Assembly (NCBI GenBank): GCA_963514005.1
Contig: OY740790.1
Location: 15,066,001 to 15,130,000 of the forward strand
Direction: 5' to 3'
DNA: 64,000 nt
Source: Raja brachyura
Taxonomy: Eukaryota
Shown in pieces: positions 26,912 through 40,953 of this stretch. Under the pieces are notes generated by a model. It was not told the origin of the DNA and made no database searches. It saw only the letters and a program-made list of their open reading frames with translations. A program made the position numbers and the translations under genes. Within the stretch, counting starts at the first letter, position 1. Each line of letters starts with the position of its first letter.

Positions 26912-27227
26912 ATTAAATTATTTTTTCTGTAATATATTTATTATGGTGTCACGTGAATAAAGATGAACACATGATTATGATTGCTGCCCTTAGTTGGATA
27001 ATACACATGTCCAGTCATTGTGTTTTATGGCTGGTTTTCAACCTCTTCAGGCTGAAGGTCTCGACTCGAAACATCACCCATTCTTTCTCTCCAGAGATGC
27101 TGCCTGTCCTGCTGAGTTTTTCTAATTTTTAGTGTCTATCTTCTGTTTAAACCAGCATCTGCAATTCCTTCCTACACTATTTGTTAAGCATAACAGGTCC
27201 TATTCTCATTATATAATTTTGTGATCA

Positions 27228-28244
27228 GCATGAGAGCATGAGAATTTTGTGAAATGCGCGACTCGCGTTCAATGCGTGAGAGTGGCAGCCTTGCTAATAA
27301 TTCAAACATTTTATGCAAGTTCCAATTGTTTAGACAAAAATCACTTATTACTGCTTTGTAACAGTTGTTACTTTAAGACTATTTCAGAAATTATGGCAGT
27401 CAACAAAAAATCAACTAACAAATGAAAGCAAACTAAATAAAAATAACATGTTCCCTTTCCTGACTCTACCTCATAAGTACTTTAACACTATTAACAGAGC
27501 AAAGGGATATTAATCTCAAGAATCAAAATGGGGAAAGTGAGGCAAATTTGCTTAAATGGTAATTCTAAGCCCATTCAGATCTGCATAGAGTCAGTTATCC
27601 AACATGTACATGGCTGGCCCAATTTGTCCATCCTGATCAAGTTGGCATTCTGCCGTTCCCAGGTCTGCTCGCGTCCCAGGGACTGGCCTCAGTTCTATGG
27701 TCGGCTCGCCTGCAACAGAATGAGTGGTGGGCGGGGAAGGTATTGAGAGGAAGAAGGGGGGGGGGGGGGGGGGAAGGAAGAGAGAGAGGTTTAATTTAAG
27801 CAACTTTCAGTGAGAGCATCGCTGTTGCTGCTGCTCACTAGTGTTGAGGGGAGGGGGTAGTCGTGGCTTCTGTTCCAGGTCGGGACCCCGCGAAAACAAA
27901 TTGGAAAAAAATACGCATAGTCCGAACCCTGTCCTAGATGCTTGGCCTCATTGTGGTCATCGTCACTCCCCCCCCCGCCCCCCCATGTTTGACAACTGCT
28001 TCACCTGGTTGTTGTTGTCGGCAGCTGCACATTCGACCGAAGAGAAGAGAAGAGACGCGACATCACTCACAGCCGTCAACCGACGCGCTTCCCCAGACCG
28101 CACAGATCGCTGGCAGGCGGCGCAAAGGGACAAACTGGCGCAGGGACTAAACTCAGCGTGAGACCTCGGACATGAGCGTGAGGGCGTGAGAATTTGCTCC
28201 AAGGCGTGATTCTCACGCTGAAAGCGTGAGAGTTGGCAGTCCTG
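27228..28244. mobile_element. hAT-like element remnant with two same-orientation terminal repeats
   Basis: GCGTGAGAG(T)TGGCAGYCYTG ends at 27293 and 28244, each preceded by GCGTGAG/GCATGAG repeats and followed by CTAATA; no opposite TIR found. Confidence 0.45.
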
Positions 28245-29799
28245 CTAATAGTGACAGGTCAGGGAAATCCCTACTTCATCAATATCTTCACACTCACCCA
28301 GTACTGCCTGGACACTATCCTTTAACCTGTTCAGTGCCACCCATGAATATACTCGGGTCATGGCCAATAGTAAAAAAACTTGGCAGTGAACAGGTTAAAG
28401 TGAGAAAATTAGAAATTGCGTATCTCCCGAGGGCAAGATCCGACTTTTCAGAGACTTGAGACTTGAAAGCTGCTAGATGGGGCCAGAACGTGGCAACTCT
28501 TTGCGTGTGTCCCAGATGTAGATCTTCTTGCATTCATTTCACTCCATTACTTGTGCATGATTGAATTCATGCATAGTATTATTTGGATAGCACACAGAAC
28601 AAGCTTTACACTGTATGTCAATACACATTACAATAATAATGCAAACTCAACATAGTTGATGTTTAGAAGTAGGCGTGGAAGGACAAAGAGTTTTACATTT
28701 TATCAGAATGTCTATAGCATTCAATTGAGATCGGCATAAAGCAGGAGCAATTTAGTTGGCCTGCTTTCTGAAAATGCCTAATAGCCTATTTCATTGCAGT
28801 TAATCCCAAAGCAGGTATGCAGGAACTGGACTGTAATGATGCCTCCTTGAGGGTACAGGTTCAGCTTAACTACTTTTCTCCACTGATTACAGTTGTTTTC
28901 AATTAAGAGGTTTAATTAAGATCATTTTCTCCCGAGAGGATGAGAATCATCCTGGGTTTTCTCTTCTGATTTTTCTTATTGGGAAAACACTACATTAGTT
29001 ATGATTTATCTCCACTGTTGAACAGCTAATTGGCAGACATGTTGTTGGTAATATCTCAGCTCTCTGCCTGAGTGGGGCTTGGGAGGCACACCCCAGTCCT
29101 GATCAATTATGGGAAGGCACGTCAGCCAAACGACAAGCAAAACATTGGATAATTTGCACAGCCTGCCAGCACAATGGTTACTTTTATTGATTAAATATTT
29201 CTTTTCATTATCTGATTCTTTTGAAATTTCCACTTTTTAAACTGATTTTGCAATAACTGGAAAGTACGTTCTTTGAGTCTGGCATAACCACCAGCGTTCC
29301 ATATCCAAACTATTGATCTTGTGGTTCAAATATGACCTTGCACCAGAATCACCTTGACCTTTGAAAGTGTTTCATTTCAATGGTGCCTGATAGACATATT
29401 GACAGTCGTTTACAGAAGTAAATCATATGTCAATTATTGAAGACTATTCAAATACAAACAAAGTTTTGAAACATTTTATGCAAGGGTTAAGTAGGCAAAT
29501 GTACTTTTCCTTTGGCTTCCTTTGCAGAACTTCTGTTTAAAACAAAACTAGACTTGTGCTTCACTTAAGGAGTGTAGCCATCAAGTAGCCATCTTTTCTT
29601 GAATATCTATAAGCATCCCTGCCTTTAGAAACATCTTGCTTCCCCATTTGTTAAGCTTTGGCTAAAAACTGTGACAAACTGATTGTGGTAGGGTGGGGGA
29701 ATATTGCAGCCTTTGTGGTTAGTCATTTTCCATATGAGATGGCAGTATTTCAGTTAAGCAACAGTGAACCGATTCTTAATTGAAAGTCATTTGCATGTA

Positions 29800-30085
29800 G
29801 AATACAGCATGGAAACAGGCCCTTAGCCCACCGGGTCCGTGCCGACCAGCGATCCCCACACATTAACACTCTCTAGGGACAATTTTTACATTTACCAAGC
29901 CAATTAACCTACAAACCTGTACGTCTTTGGAATGTGGGACGAAACCGAAGATCTCAGAGAAAGCCCACGCAGATCACAGGGAGAACGTGCAAACTCCGTA
30001 CAGATAGCACCTGCAATCGGGATCGAACCTGGGTCTCTGGCGCTGCATTCGCTGTAAGGCAGCAACTCTACTGCTGCGCCACCGT
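29800..30085 (-). mobile_element. tRNA-derived V-SINE (HE1-like)
   Basis: tRNA-like A/B box head, central domain and LINE-like tail; similar to the 41481-41785 copy. Confidence 0.8.
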
Positions 30086-33000
30086 GACTGTAGTTGTCTG
30101 TTGCCACAGTGGTCATGAGTAGATTCTATCAGAGAGTACTTTTCCAGTGATGCATTTTAGTGACATCTAGCACCAGGGCCTGTTTGGTGATTTTTTTTTG
30201 TGCTGGGGCAAATACAAGGCAGCCATGAAATATATTAATCTGACCTAAATAATTAATGCAGAGGCAAAGAATGGACGCTACTTCAAATGTCCTATCTTAA
30301 AAAAAAAACATGATAACCCCACTCAAGTGTCATTAATGCAATAAATCCTTACTGATGCTTTATCAAACCAAATTTGACGATCAGCTACTCGGGGAATGAT
30401 GAGACCAGATAACCAAATGCTTGGTGAGAGGCACCCTAGCTGAAGAGAGAGGTGACAAGGCATAAGAATTTAGGTGTTGAATGCCAGAGCTTGGTAGCTG
30501 AAGGCTAGGCTGGGAGATGGGGTAGGCTTGGGGTATGAAGAGGCCAGGAATGGAGGAGCACATATTTTGGGAGGATTGTTGGGTTGTAGGAGGGGACAAA
30601 CATGGGGAGAGCAATGTATTTTTCTCACTAGTCTTACCAGTGACATTCAAATACGAAGAATTAGTTTCTTTTGGTTATATTTTAGATTGACACTTTGAAC
30701 ACACAGTTCTGTTTTTTTTGCCTTCAGGCTCAAAGCAACTTTAATAAAAACCTCCACAAACTGCAGGATTTGGGAATTACGTGAATATTGGAAATGCCGT
30801 GCAATCCAGCTGTACGAGGACCAATGATCCATGAGCACCACATTATTGCCGGGAGCAAAGAAATATAGGCTGAACTTTTACTGAAATAATGAGATTTTCA
30901 GCTATTCTTTATTTCTTGATAAGATTCAAGTTAGTCTGGCAAACTATCAAAGACAGCACGTGAAGACCCCACCTGCGGTGAGTCACCAGTGCCAGGGATT
31001 ACTACAGAGAAATACATTCCCATCCATTTTAAGAGCTTTTCAATTTGTAATACCTCTTTAATGGATCCTATACCTACATTCTCATTTTTTCTTGAAGCCA
31101 ATAGTGGCATTTCTCTATCATTTCTCCTTAGTATTTGGGAACTGGGCAATTCAGACCTTGGGTCTCCTTCCACCATCATTAATTATTGTATTTTCAGCTC
31201 TGGGTCCACAACTGTATAGAGTTCATTCCCTCCCTAAACTGTTCTGCCTCCCTCTACTTCGAACACCTGACCCTACACCTAATCTTCTGGCCCAACTCCT
31301 GTGATGTGCCCTGGAATATTTTCCGGCACACTTCGCTGTGGTGTCTTTCTTCTTGCGACTGAGTAAAAATACTTCTCAGTTGGAGATTCTCCGTCCATGG
31401 TGCTTTTGTTGACAGCTGATCAAAACAATCCATTGCCATTTACCTTATGATAGCCTTTAGTAGATTTTGAAAATACCTATTAAAAATCTCTCTTCTTTCA
31501 CTGACCTGGTGTATATGAATACAGCTCTGTGCGTATCATTCACACATTAATGTACTGTATGATTGACCATCTTTAAAGAAAATAAACAACTCCATTGTGT
31601 TTTATTGCTGCAGATCATTGCATAGTTTTAATGAGGGCATATTGTTCATCAAGTTGTAGTTCCTAGCCATGAAGGTAGTGATCACTGTAAATGATGCTCA
31701 GGACCAGGAGTGCTGTGATGTTTATATTCTTGGTCATAGATAAACCAGCTTTCACACACTCACATCCCAACACCAGGAACTATCAAAATAAAATTGATGG
31801 TAAACTCATAACAGAAAAATAAAATGGCCATGAAAATTGCTTAAGGCAATATTTGTTTGAACCAGTTAACTTATGAAGGAGCAAACCAAAGTCATGTTTG
31901 TTAATGCTCTGAAGTTATTTCAATATGCACTTCTATGAATGTCTTATTGTGAGGATGTTCATGAAGTTTGTTTTGATGCATATTCTTTGGGATGGGGGAT
32001 AGGGGAGATAAGTCTCAGAGCTTTTCCAGTTGCATGCAAGCCTAAAATCTAACATTAAACAAAATTGCATTTTCTTCTGAGGCTGTATTGATTGTCATTT
32101 TAATTATGGAAAAAAAATAGGGCAAGACTGGAAAACAGGATGAAAATGAACCAAATAGAACCAAAGGGTGAGAGGGTGCATTGGTGATAATGGAGTGAGT
32201 GCTTTACATTTTACACTATTCCATTCCGATCAAGAAAGCCTCCTGCAGCACAAAAGTGCATCAACACAGACCTTCCTATTGTGGGACAACATCCAATTGC
32301 AGCTGGTTTGACACAGAGTTTAGAAACAGGAACACTAAGGCACAGGAAGAGGTAAACCAACTTTACTCACTGAGTAGCACAGTTTATGGGATGAAATGGC
32401 TAGCATTTGTGGTTTTGCATGTAATCCAGTTCATTCTCTCCAACTCAGCCACTTATATCGGAGAAATATTAGAAGATCTTAAGCACGTCGAAGAGTATTC
32501 TGTCTTCAAGCGAATAAAGGAAGCTGAGCAGGAGGTTGGGAACTTAAATAAACAACAAAACTAAATGTTGTTGCATCTTTTTATTTGTAAGCACTTTGTT
32601 TCGAAACATTTGCATTGCAATTGAGCAGAAATTATGGTCATAAGCCTTCAACCTGTATCAGGTTAGTACTTTTTTTCCAACCAATTATCACAATCGACAG
32701 GTTTTACAAAATGACCTTGGATAAACATTGCCTTTGTTCTTCAGACAAAGTTGTCTTATTCTTTACTCTCTACAGCTGCTTCATTCTTCCTTCAGTATGT
32801 CCCTTCCCCCCTCTGCCATTGTATTCACTCACCTGTAATCGCTGACTGGACTGGCACACCATCAGCAAATATGCCAGAAACATTATTCTGCATGAGTTAT
32901 GACTTGCACCAGTGGATCTATCATATTACAGGTTCAATTAATAAGTTTGTCAGCAAATAAATCTCAATCTTGTTACATAGTGGTGAAAGGAAAAAGTTTT

Positions 33001-34041
33001 AATCTATTTTTATTGCTGGTTTCTTTTTACATTTTGACGTTGTGAATTTCATTTGAGCCATTCTTGAAATGAATGGATTTCAAAAAATTGAAACGATACT
33101 AACTATTCCTTTTGTCCAGAATCTGACATACTGAATTTTTGTGTCTATCTATACTAACTATGCACTTGGCCTCCCACTTCATTTTCCTATGGTACCTGCA
33201 AGTACCAGTGACTGGCTATGAAAGCTGTATCTGCATTGCTCAAATATTGAGCAATGCAGATACAGCTGTTCGAAAATGCACAATCTATTGCTACCATTTT
33301 GCCAAACTTATTGCAGTAGTGGGTTTGCTGGGCTGTATTGGTGCCCATTGTGTGAGGTTTAAACATTGGGACAACTCTTCCTGGACGCATTAAGTATTGC
33401 ACCTGTTTTTAACAGCAGGATCATCTTGCACTTGCAGTTTCAGCCCACAGAGAAGATCACATAATGCAACACCGTGTTGCTGAACATGGTGATGGCTTTT
33501 TGGTATTTTGTGATAACAAAGGTGGCTGAACTCCACCCAATTTCAATAATATCCAATGATATTGCATTTATTATTTCTGACAAAACATTTTATATTTCAA
33601 TCTCACTTTACGTAGATTAAATTTGCGGCGTTGAGGTGATGGCCACTGTCAGATATATATGGTTGTAAAGCAGCTGGATTGGTGCATAGATACATATATA
33701 ATGAGAAAGTTCCATAAATTATATAATCCTGCTTGATATTTTCATTCTCTACAAAATTCCATGTTTGCAGATCAATGGAATGGCAACATGCAGTAACAGT
33801 GAAACATGGAAAGTATGGACTGTACTGTTTACAATGGTCAGGGGTGCAGACATGTTTCACCAGGAAGTCAGGAAAATGGAAGGCAGTTTTCTCCTTGAAT
33901 TCTTAAAGGATATTCTTCTGTTGCTTGAGTCAGATTTGTCTCTTTGAGCTAGAGGGCAGCAGCTACTGTTCAGTGAGGGATGGTTTCTTCTAGAGGGAGT
34001 GTCATGGTCTCTAGGAAAACATGTTCTTTAAATGTTATGCT

Positions 34042-34289
34042 TCAGGGTAGAAAGAAATTGACCCGCTGAGAGACAGATTTACAGCCTTGGGCTGAGAATA
34101 GGTATTCCTCCTTTGGAATGTACAGCATTCCCTTCGCCACTTCATCCAGGATGTCTATATTGTATTTGATTCCTCGGGAATGTAGAGCATCTCGCACACA
34201 TAACTTCACGTGCTTGTACTCCAGAGGTAGGAAAGGGATGAAGAAGTCAATGAGGTTCTCAGCCACAAGTCCACTCTGTGCAAAACCAC
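34042..34289 (-). CDS. TOR3A: TOR3A exon 6 (last coding; sensor II GCK)
   Basis: ttctag|GT GGT; GFAQSGLVAENLIDFFIPFLPLEYKHVKLC..FSAQGCKSVSQRVNFFLP*. Confidence 0.93.
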
Positions 34290-35416
34290 CTAGAAAAAGG
34301 CAAGAGTTGTGACTGCTTCAATTTCATCATTAAGAAACTTATAATATTTGAATGCTAGAGTTACAGAGGTCCTAGTTACAGTGTGGAATGGAGTATTTTA
34401 AAAATAGATCCTTACAGTAATGTTCCAACATAATGTTAATGATTGGCTTGAAGGACCGAATGGCCTACTCCTGCACCTATGTCTATTGACCACACTTCTG
34501 ATGTTGACCTCCCCTGATATTGAGAATATGCACAAAAGTCACCACATTAACTTTGTTTGTACATGTAGCTTTGAACATAATTAATTGGTGGGCTTACTGT
34601 TGAGTATTTACAGTCTGTATTTGTTTCTTCCATCAGGTTAATGTCAGAGGCCTTAAAGAAACCATTTCTTTTATCAACTGATACACCCTTACAAGCCATT
34701 CTATCTCTTCCAGATTCCCTACTTTCTTGTTCTGTTGAAGGTTGTATCACACACATGATGCCTTTGATTGTTTAATTCCAATCTAGCGTGGTCACTGCTG
34801 CCCATTCCATAGAGCTTCTTAACTATCCTAATGTTTCCTTTTTTTATCTCACTTCTTCCTACTTGGGTTATATTATATTCCTTCATTAGTAGCACATGGG
34901 ATATAGGAGCAAGGGCACTGATATACAACTTGAAAATGTTAAGGAAGGAACTGTAGGTGCAGGTTTACACTGGAGGTAGACATAAAATACTGCAGTAACT
35001 CAGCAGGACAGGCAGCATCTGTGGAGATGGGTGATGTTTCAGGTCGAGGCTCTTCTTCAGCCAAGGCCCTAAGAAATTATGTGCGTAGGTCTGGTCCACA
35101 GGAAGGGTGTGGTTACACTAGAGAGGAGGTTTACCAGGATGGTGCCTGGATGGAACTTCTCAGCTACGACAAGAGACTGGATCGGCTTGGTTTGTTTTCC
35201 CTGGTGCTAGGAAGGGTTGGGGAAATCTGATCGAGGTGCACAAAACTACAAGGACCATCGGATGGTGTAGGCAGATATTCTCGCAGCATTTGTGATATTA
35301 GCCAGGTTTTTGAAACACCAAAGGTATGGGTCACGTGCTAGAAAATGTGATTAATATAAACTGGTACTTGTTGGTCAGCAGACAGTGGGCCACTGTGTAG
35401 CTCTAATTGAATTTAC

Positions 35417-35541
35417 CTTTTGATGTGGTGACTTCCCTTCGGATTCGATGTTCCAAGTCTTCCATGGTGATCTCCTCTCGGTCTCGTCCTGCTTGCCAAT
35501 TTTCAAGCACCACCCTGTTTATGGAACTTCCTCCAATATTA
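35417..35541 (-). CDS. TOR3A: TOR3A exon 5 (sensor I SN)
   Basis: ctctag|T AAT ... AAA G|gtaaat; 125 nt; (S)NIGGSSINRVVLENWQAGRDREEITMEDLE. Confidence 0.93.
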
Positions 35542-35777
35542 CTAGAGAGTGCAGGAATGTTTGAAAGAAATTAGTATCTGATAATACTGAACAAAAAGTC
35601 AGTATTAGGATTACACCATGGTTGTATATTAATTCGGTAACAAGTTACTAAGCCCGATATGATTATGGCATTGATCCATGAGTTTATAGAAGTTACTTAG
35701 TTTCTCATTTTAATATTCTATTACAGCTGGCTTTAAATTTAATAGTCGATAACTGGGAAAAAGGCAAAATAACAAAC

Positions 35778-36034
35778 TGTGGTGCCAGCTGATACACAGA
35801 CCACTTATGGTCGAACCCTCGTCAGTAGCTACGAGGGCTGGCACTTGACGTCACGGCCTAAGGGGAGTGTCCTGCTACTTAAGCTTATCTCATCTCGAGA
35901 CCTAGCAGTCAACAGGTAGCTGAGCCCCGAGAGAGCTACAGCAGCAATGATAATTACGTCAGCGGACCAACTTAACATGCACACCTGAATAAACTATTGT
36001 TTGAACCTTATTCACCACGTTTGGTGCCGCTACA
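35778..36034 (+). mobile_element. Solo LTR in TOR3A intron 4
   Basis: TGT...ACA termini, 4-bp TSD AAAC, internal AATAAA (~35988) and CRE-like TGACGTCA; 257 bp. Confidence 0.75.
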
Positions 36035-36774
36035 AAACCACTTAAAAAGAGCAAGGTCAGCACTCTTCAAGTTCAGTTTTATAGCCGACATCCCTCTTAT
36101 TGTTCACAAATCCATTGATCCTGAAAATGTAATGTGTACCCACTGCTCTATGATTGAGAGAACGTAAAGATTCACAATCCTTTGAGAAAATACATTTCTG
36201 CACCTCTGTGGCAACCATTTATGTTGAAACCTAGAACTCACTTTTACCATGACACTCGTCTTCAAAGACCCTGACAAGGATTTATGGTAGTAATTTTTGC
36301 AGGAATTTTCAGATTATCAAGAACGATGCATCAGTTCACACTGCTCTGAGTGCAGACTGCATCAACAAGATGGAAACTGCGTGGTTAAATGGCCAAATGT
36401 TTCCACTTGTATATGACTACTATATTGATTTGAACTCTGCAGATTTACATCTAAAAGCCAATAACTCATCATGAATTGTAAAGGTTATTGTAAAATTGCA
36501 GTGCTGTACACGTGCCCTCCTTGGATAGAAAACTCAGACCTTGTGTTTCAAAATAAAAACTTTTTCATCTGACGAGACTAAACTCAGTCACCTGGCAATC
36601 TGCCATTAGGACCCCTGTATAGTTGCACAATACGATGTGTATTTTTTCTTAACCTCCAAGGAACATTTGAGGAACAAGTACAAAATGCAGTAATTAAGAA
36701 CGTAGATATTGATCAAACTTCCCCTAATATTTCTGAACCTTGTAGTCGGCAGGGCAATACTCTGCATATCGCCA

Positions 36775-36988
36775 ACGGACAAATTTACATTTTTATCAAG
36801 CCAATTAACCTGCAAACCTGTACGTATTTGGAGTGTGGGAGGAAACCGAAGATCTTGGTGAAAACCCACGCAGATCACGGGGACAACGTACAAACTCCAT
36901 ACAGACAGTACCCGTAGTCGGGATCGAACCAGAGTCTCTGGCGCTGCGTTTTGCTGTAAGGCAGCAACTCTACCGCTGCGCCACTGTG
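36775..36988 (-). mobile_element. tRNA-derived V-SINE (HE1-like), tail truncated
   Basis: Reverse complement of CACAGTGGCGCAGCGGTAGAGTTGCTGCCTTACAGC..GGTTCGATCCCG. Confidence 0.8.
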
Positions 36989-39164
36989 AATTGTTGGGAA
37001 ACTCAAGCTTTGATAGCGTGGTCAATAGTAGGTGATTTCACACTGTGAAAACATTCTTGGGAATTCTACTTGAAGCAGAGAGTAGGGCTTGGCCCTGGAT
37101 TGTGACACTGGTGTGCTGGGATCTGTGAGACTGCCTCCTTCCATGCTCCCTGCCTCCCGTTCAATACCATGACTTCTTGGACTAGCACAAACAAGCTGCG
37201 TCCTGGGCCTTTGAGTTTTTCCAAGATTGTCTTCATTAATAAGTGGAGTGAATTTATTTCAGTTAATCGACTGACAAACATTGACAGAAGAGTGTAGAGG
37301 TAACAGGATAGCAGCATTTGGACCTTTTGCCAGACTTATGATGGATGACTGGAAGAAACACCAAAGACACTTATCAGTATTCACAAGGGCGCTGTTCTCC
37401 ACCATGTGTATACGAATGCCAGTACTATTAGTACTGCAATGTCACTCTGCCTCATTGTAATCAGTGTGAGGTCTGACCATCTCTGCACCATTTTTACCTA
37501 TCCATCTAACCGTTCTTGGCTCAGCTTTAACTTGACAAATGCCTTACTTTTTGGCTTCTATCTGTAGCTTGTGCCTCAAGAGCCATTTGTTCTCCCATTG
37601 TGCCGAACCCTGATGCTTTACTAATCCCTAATCTTAGCTTTGCACCCCCATTCAGTTGATACATAATAACAATGTCTTCAGCCTCTACCTTTGTTCACAT
37701 TTCCTTGATTAGTTTTTCTAAATATTTCCCAATACTCATCTTTAGTGTATTTATTTACCATTTCTACTATACTCCTGTTGTTTGAATTATTGGCTGTCCC
37801 TACAATCTTCCTCAACATTGTGCCCTGGTGCAAGGACTGAAATGATCCACGTCAACTTCAGTCTGCACATTCCTCCAAGGTTTACTTTGGTTACAGTTGG
37901 ATATTCATCCCATTCCACTTGTCTACATTCCTAAATCTGCTTATCTTATCAGGTTCTTGGAATGTATTGCTTTGACTGCATTTGTAGACATACACTCTTT
38001 ATCTCTCTGTCCAATGCTTGTTTCCCTCCCTGGACCTTCCCTCCCATCACACACTGATATGAGTTAGCTAGTGCATCAATGTTGTGCTTCAGTCAAATAC
38101 CTCACTCACTCTCCCTACCAAGAGTCTTTGGGTCTGTTTTCCTGCACTTGATTATGGGAACTCCCTCAGCTGCTGCTGCTGGAGCTTTCTTTAATTAATT
38201 GGAAGGAGTAAAAGTTAAAGTTATAGTTGGCCGAGGCCAAAAAAATAATTATATCTGCATCCAGCTGAGTGCCTGCAAAGATAATATGGTCTTAACCCAG
38301 GTTATCTAGGGAACATGCGATCAGTTGCAATATTATTGATCTGAGTAGTTCCACATGTACAGTTTTTTAAAAATAAGGTTGTGACATTGAAACTTCACTA
38401 TTTGATCTTTGCGCAACATTTACCAATAGCGAGTTTGATTTGAGTTCGCAACTTCCAGTTGTCAGGGTTGAGAGCTGTCCAGAAATATTGATTTTGTGCA
38501 ATTCTGAGTTCATTTGGTTTGATTTTGTTTACTGTAAAAGTATAAAATGAAGATTGGGCTAGATTCACGGCATAATACTGCAGATGACCTTGTCATTCAG
38601 TTCTGGCACCCACCGATCCATGTTAAATATCTAAATCCCAGACCTACTTTTATGAGCTTAGGAGCTACCTGGAATTACCATGGATCTAACTCAACTACAC
38701 CCGAACATAGACTACATTAACCTTAACTGCAGTTCTGAAGCGGAAGTCACATAGAGACCACATACTACGTAACATACAGAATCTGGGGAAAATAGCTCTA
38801 ATATAATAAAAATAATCTTTAGCAGGAGGATGATTATTCTTGAAGCAGTACTTTGCTCACTTACTGCATATACAGATACACATACTTGGATATGCATGAG
38901 TAAGCAGATCCCTTATGCTTGCAAATAGACTCAAGGAAAGGAGCTGAATATGCCACAGTTAGACCTAGAATCTAGGAAAGATTTCTCTTGGACATTGTTA
39001 TTACAGCAAGGAAGCATTGATTTTCACAGTCATGTTGCCAATTAAACTTACTATCATCTCGTTATTTTGCAAAAACCTTTTCTTCAGTAGCTGGGACAAA
39101 TAGTCCTGCCTATTTTGTAGCCTGCAGAATGAAACAGCTCCATGACTATTTAAATTGAGATTAC

Positions 39165-39340
39165 CTTAAGAAAAGAAACATTGACTTTCTGAAGTCCACT
39201 CCATTCACATGATCATGGTGGTCAACGTAAGGCTTGATGGCATCAATAAGGCCGTCATGCAGCTTCTCTGCCTCATCGAAAATAAACAAGGATTGTTGGC
39301 ATTGTTGTACAGCTGACAGAATGAACTGCTGCAGCTGAGT
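39165..39340 (-). CDS. TOR3A: TOR3A exon 4 (Walker B)
   Basis: ttcag|ACT ... TTA AG|gtaat; 176 nt; TQLQQFILSAVQQCQQSLFIFDEAEKLHDGLIDAIKPY..FLFLS. Confidence 0.94.
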
Positions 39341-40259
39341 CTGAAGAAAGAAGAAAAATAACCGTGAGGATTCTGCCTTTATATCAATTTGAGATCAATT
39401 CTTCCCTCTATGCAATGCTGTTTACTCTCTCCGTATGCACCCTGACGCGGGGAGGAATTCAGGTGATCCAGTTATAATGCAATAGTTGCATTGCTGAGAA
39501 ACCTCGCGTTACAGAAAAATAATCATGTCAACGGGGATAAGAGGTTGGGACTCAGGGGGTTAGGGACTCGCAATTACAAAGTAATTTTTCCTGCAAGGTT
39601 TTCAAATGCAAAGATCTTTTTAACGACTAGAAACTCATTTTTATTACTGCAAATTAAAAATACAAAAGGCTATGTTACATTGTATAACAGAGTATCCGGG
39701 CACGTGTAATTAGATTAACCTATTTTTCCCCTTCCCCTCCATCTACATTCTTTCCTCTAGCTTCAAAATTCGCAAATCTTCAATCCTTTGACCACATACT
39801 CTCTGTGTTTTTATCTCTGGCCTGTCTACCATCTGCCTACCAAACAACCCCCCCCCCCCTATCATCTGCATCAGGCTATTGCCTGCCATTCTTGGACCTG
39901 CCCCTCATCTCTCCTCCCTTCCCAAACCCCTCTCCTACGATCAGTCTGAAGATGGGTCTCGACTCGAAACACACTTATTGATGTTCTCCAGAGAGGCTGC
40001 CTGACCAGCTGATTACTTCAGCAATGTCTTTTTTCCAATAGATTGCTTGTCAGTTTCAATGGGCAGCTGCTGTGAAACTCCAAACCCGTGTTCTTCGGGG
40101 ACAAAGGCATCAGATTATTGCAGAGAGGTGATTCATCAATTGTGTTACATCCAAGTAACATCATGGGAAAACCTCATTATTGTAGAATGACCCACTCAGC
40201 TTGCTGAAGGAGGAGCACAATGAGTTCACATCTATATATAGGAAGGACCTGTGGATTAA

Positions 40260-40582
40260 ACTGAAAATAGACGCTGGAGTAGCTCAGCAGGACAGGCAGC
40301 ATCTCTGGAGAGAAGGAATGGGTGACATTTTGGGTCAAGACCCTTCTTCAGACTAGAGTCTGGGGAAAGGGAAATTAGATATATAGATATAGAACAAATG
40401 AATGAAAGATATTCAAAAAAGTAACAATTATATAGGAAACAGGCCATTGTTCGCTGTTTGCTAGGTGAGAACGAGAAGCTGGTGCAACTTGGGTGGGATG
40501 GAGGGAGAGGGAATGCAGGGGTTACTTGAAGTTAGAGAAATCAATATTCATACCACTGGATTGCAAGTTGCCCTCGCGAAAC
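40260..40582 (-). mobile_element. Penelope-like fragment (endonuclease tail plus pLTR)
   Basis: Same pLTR motif as 4881-5368 and remnant of the ..RGQLAIQWYEY/NIDFSNF C-terminal coding region. Confidence 0.65.
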
Positions 40583-40687
40583 ATCTATTTCATCTATTCC
40601 AGGCTGTGAGGGTGAGATTGAGCAGATAAAGCACAGAATATGTCCGAGTGGACTGGATATCTAGTCAATCCCCTCTGTGTGACTTAC

Positions 40688-40953
40688 CTTGTAAACATCC
40701 ACCAGGCTGGCGTGTGGAAAGTGGAAGGGAGCGATATAGAAATGCACACACTCGCTTCTTAGTCCATCTCGGTACAGGTTGTCTGCTATCATTTTTGCCA
40801 CAAAATTCTTGCCTGTACCAGACCAGCCATGAAAGGAAAGTGCCAATGCTTTCTCCGGGTTTTTGTTTGCTACAAAACCTTTAACTGCTTTCACCACAAC
40901 TGCCTTGGCCAAATGCTGTCCATGTAATTTTATCTGCAGATCGTAGCTAAGAC
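40688..40953 (-). CDS. TOR3A: TOR3A exon 3 (Walker A)
   Basis: aattag|GT CTT ... AAG|gtaagt; 266 nt; LHGQHLA..LALSFHGWSGTGKNFVA, the torsin GxxGxGKN motif. Confidence 0.95.
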
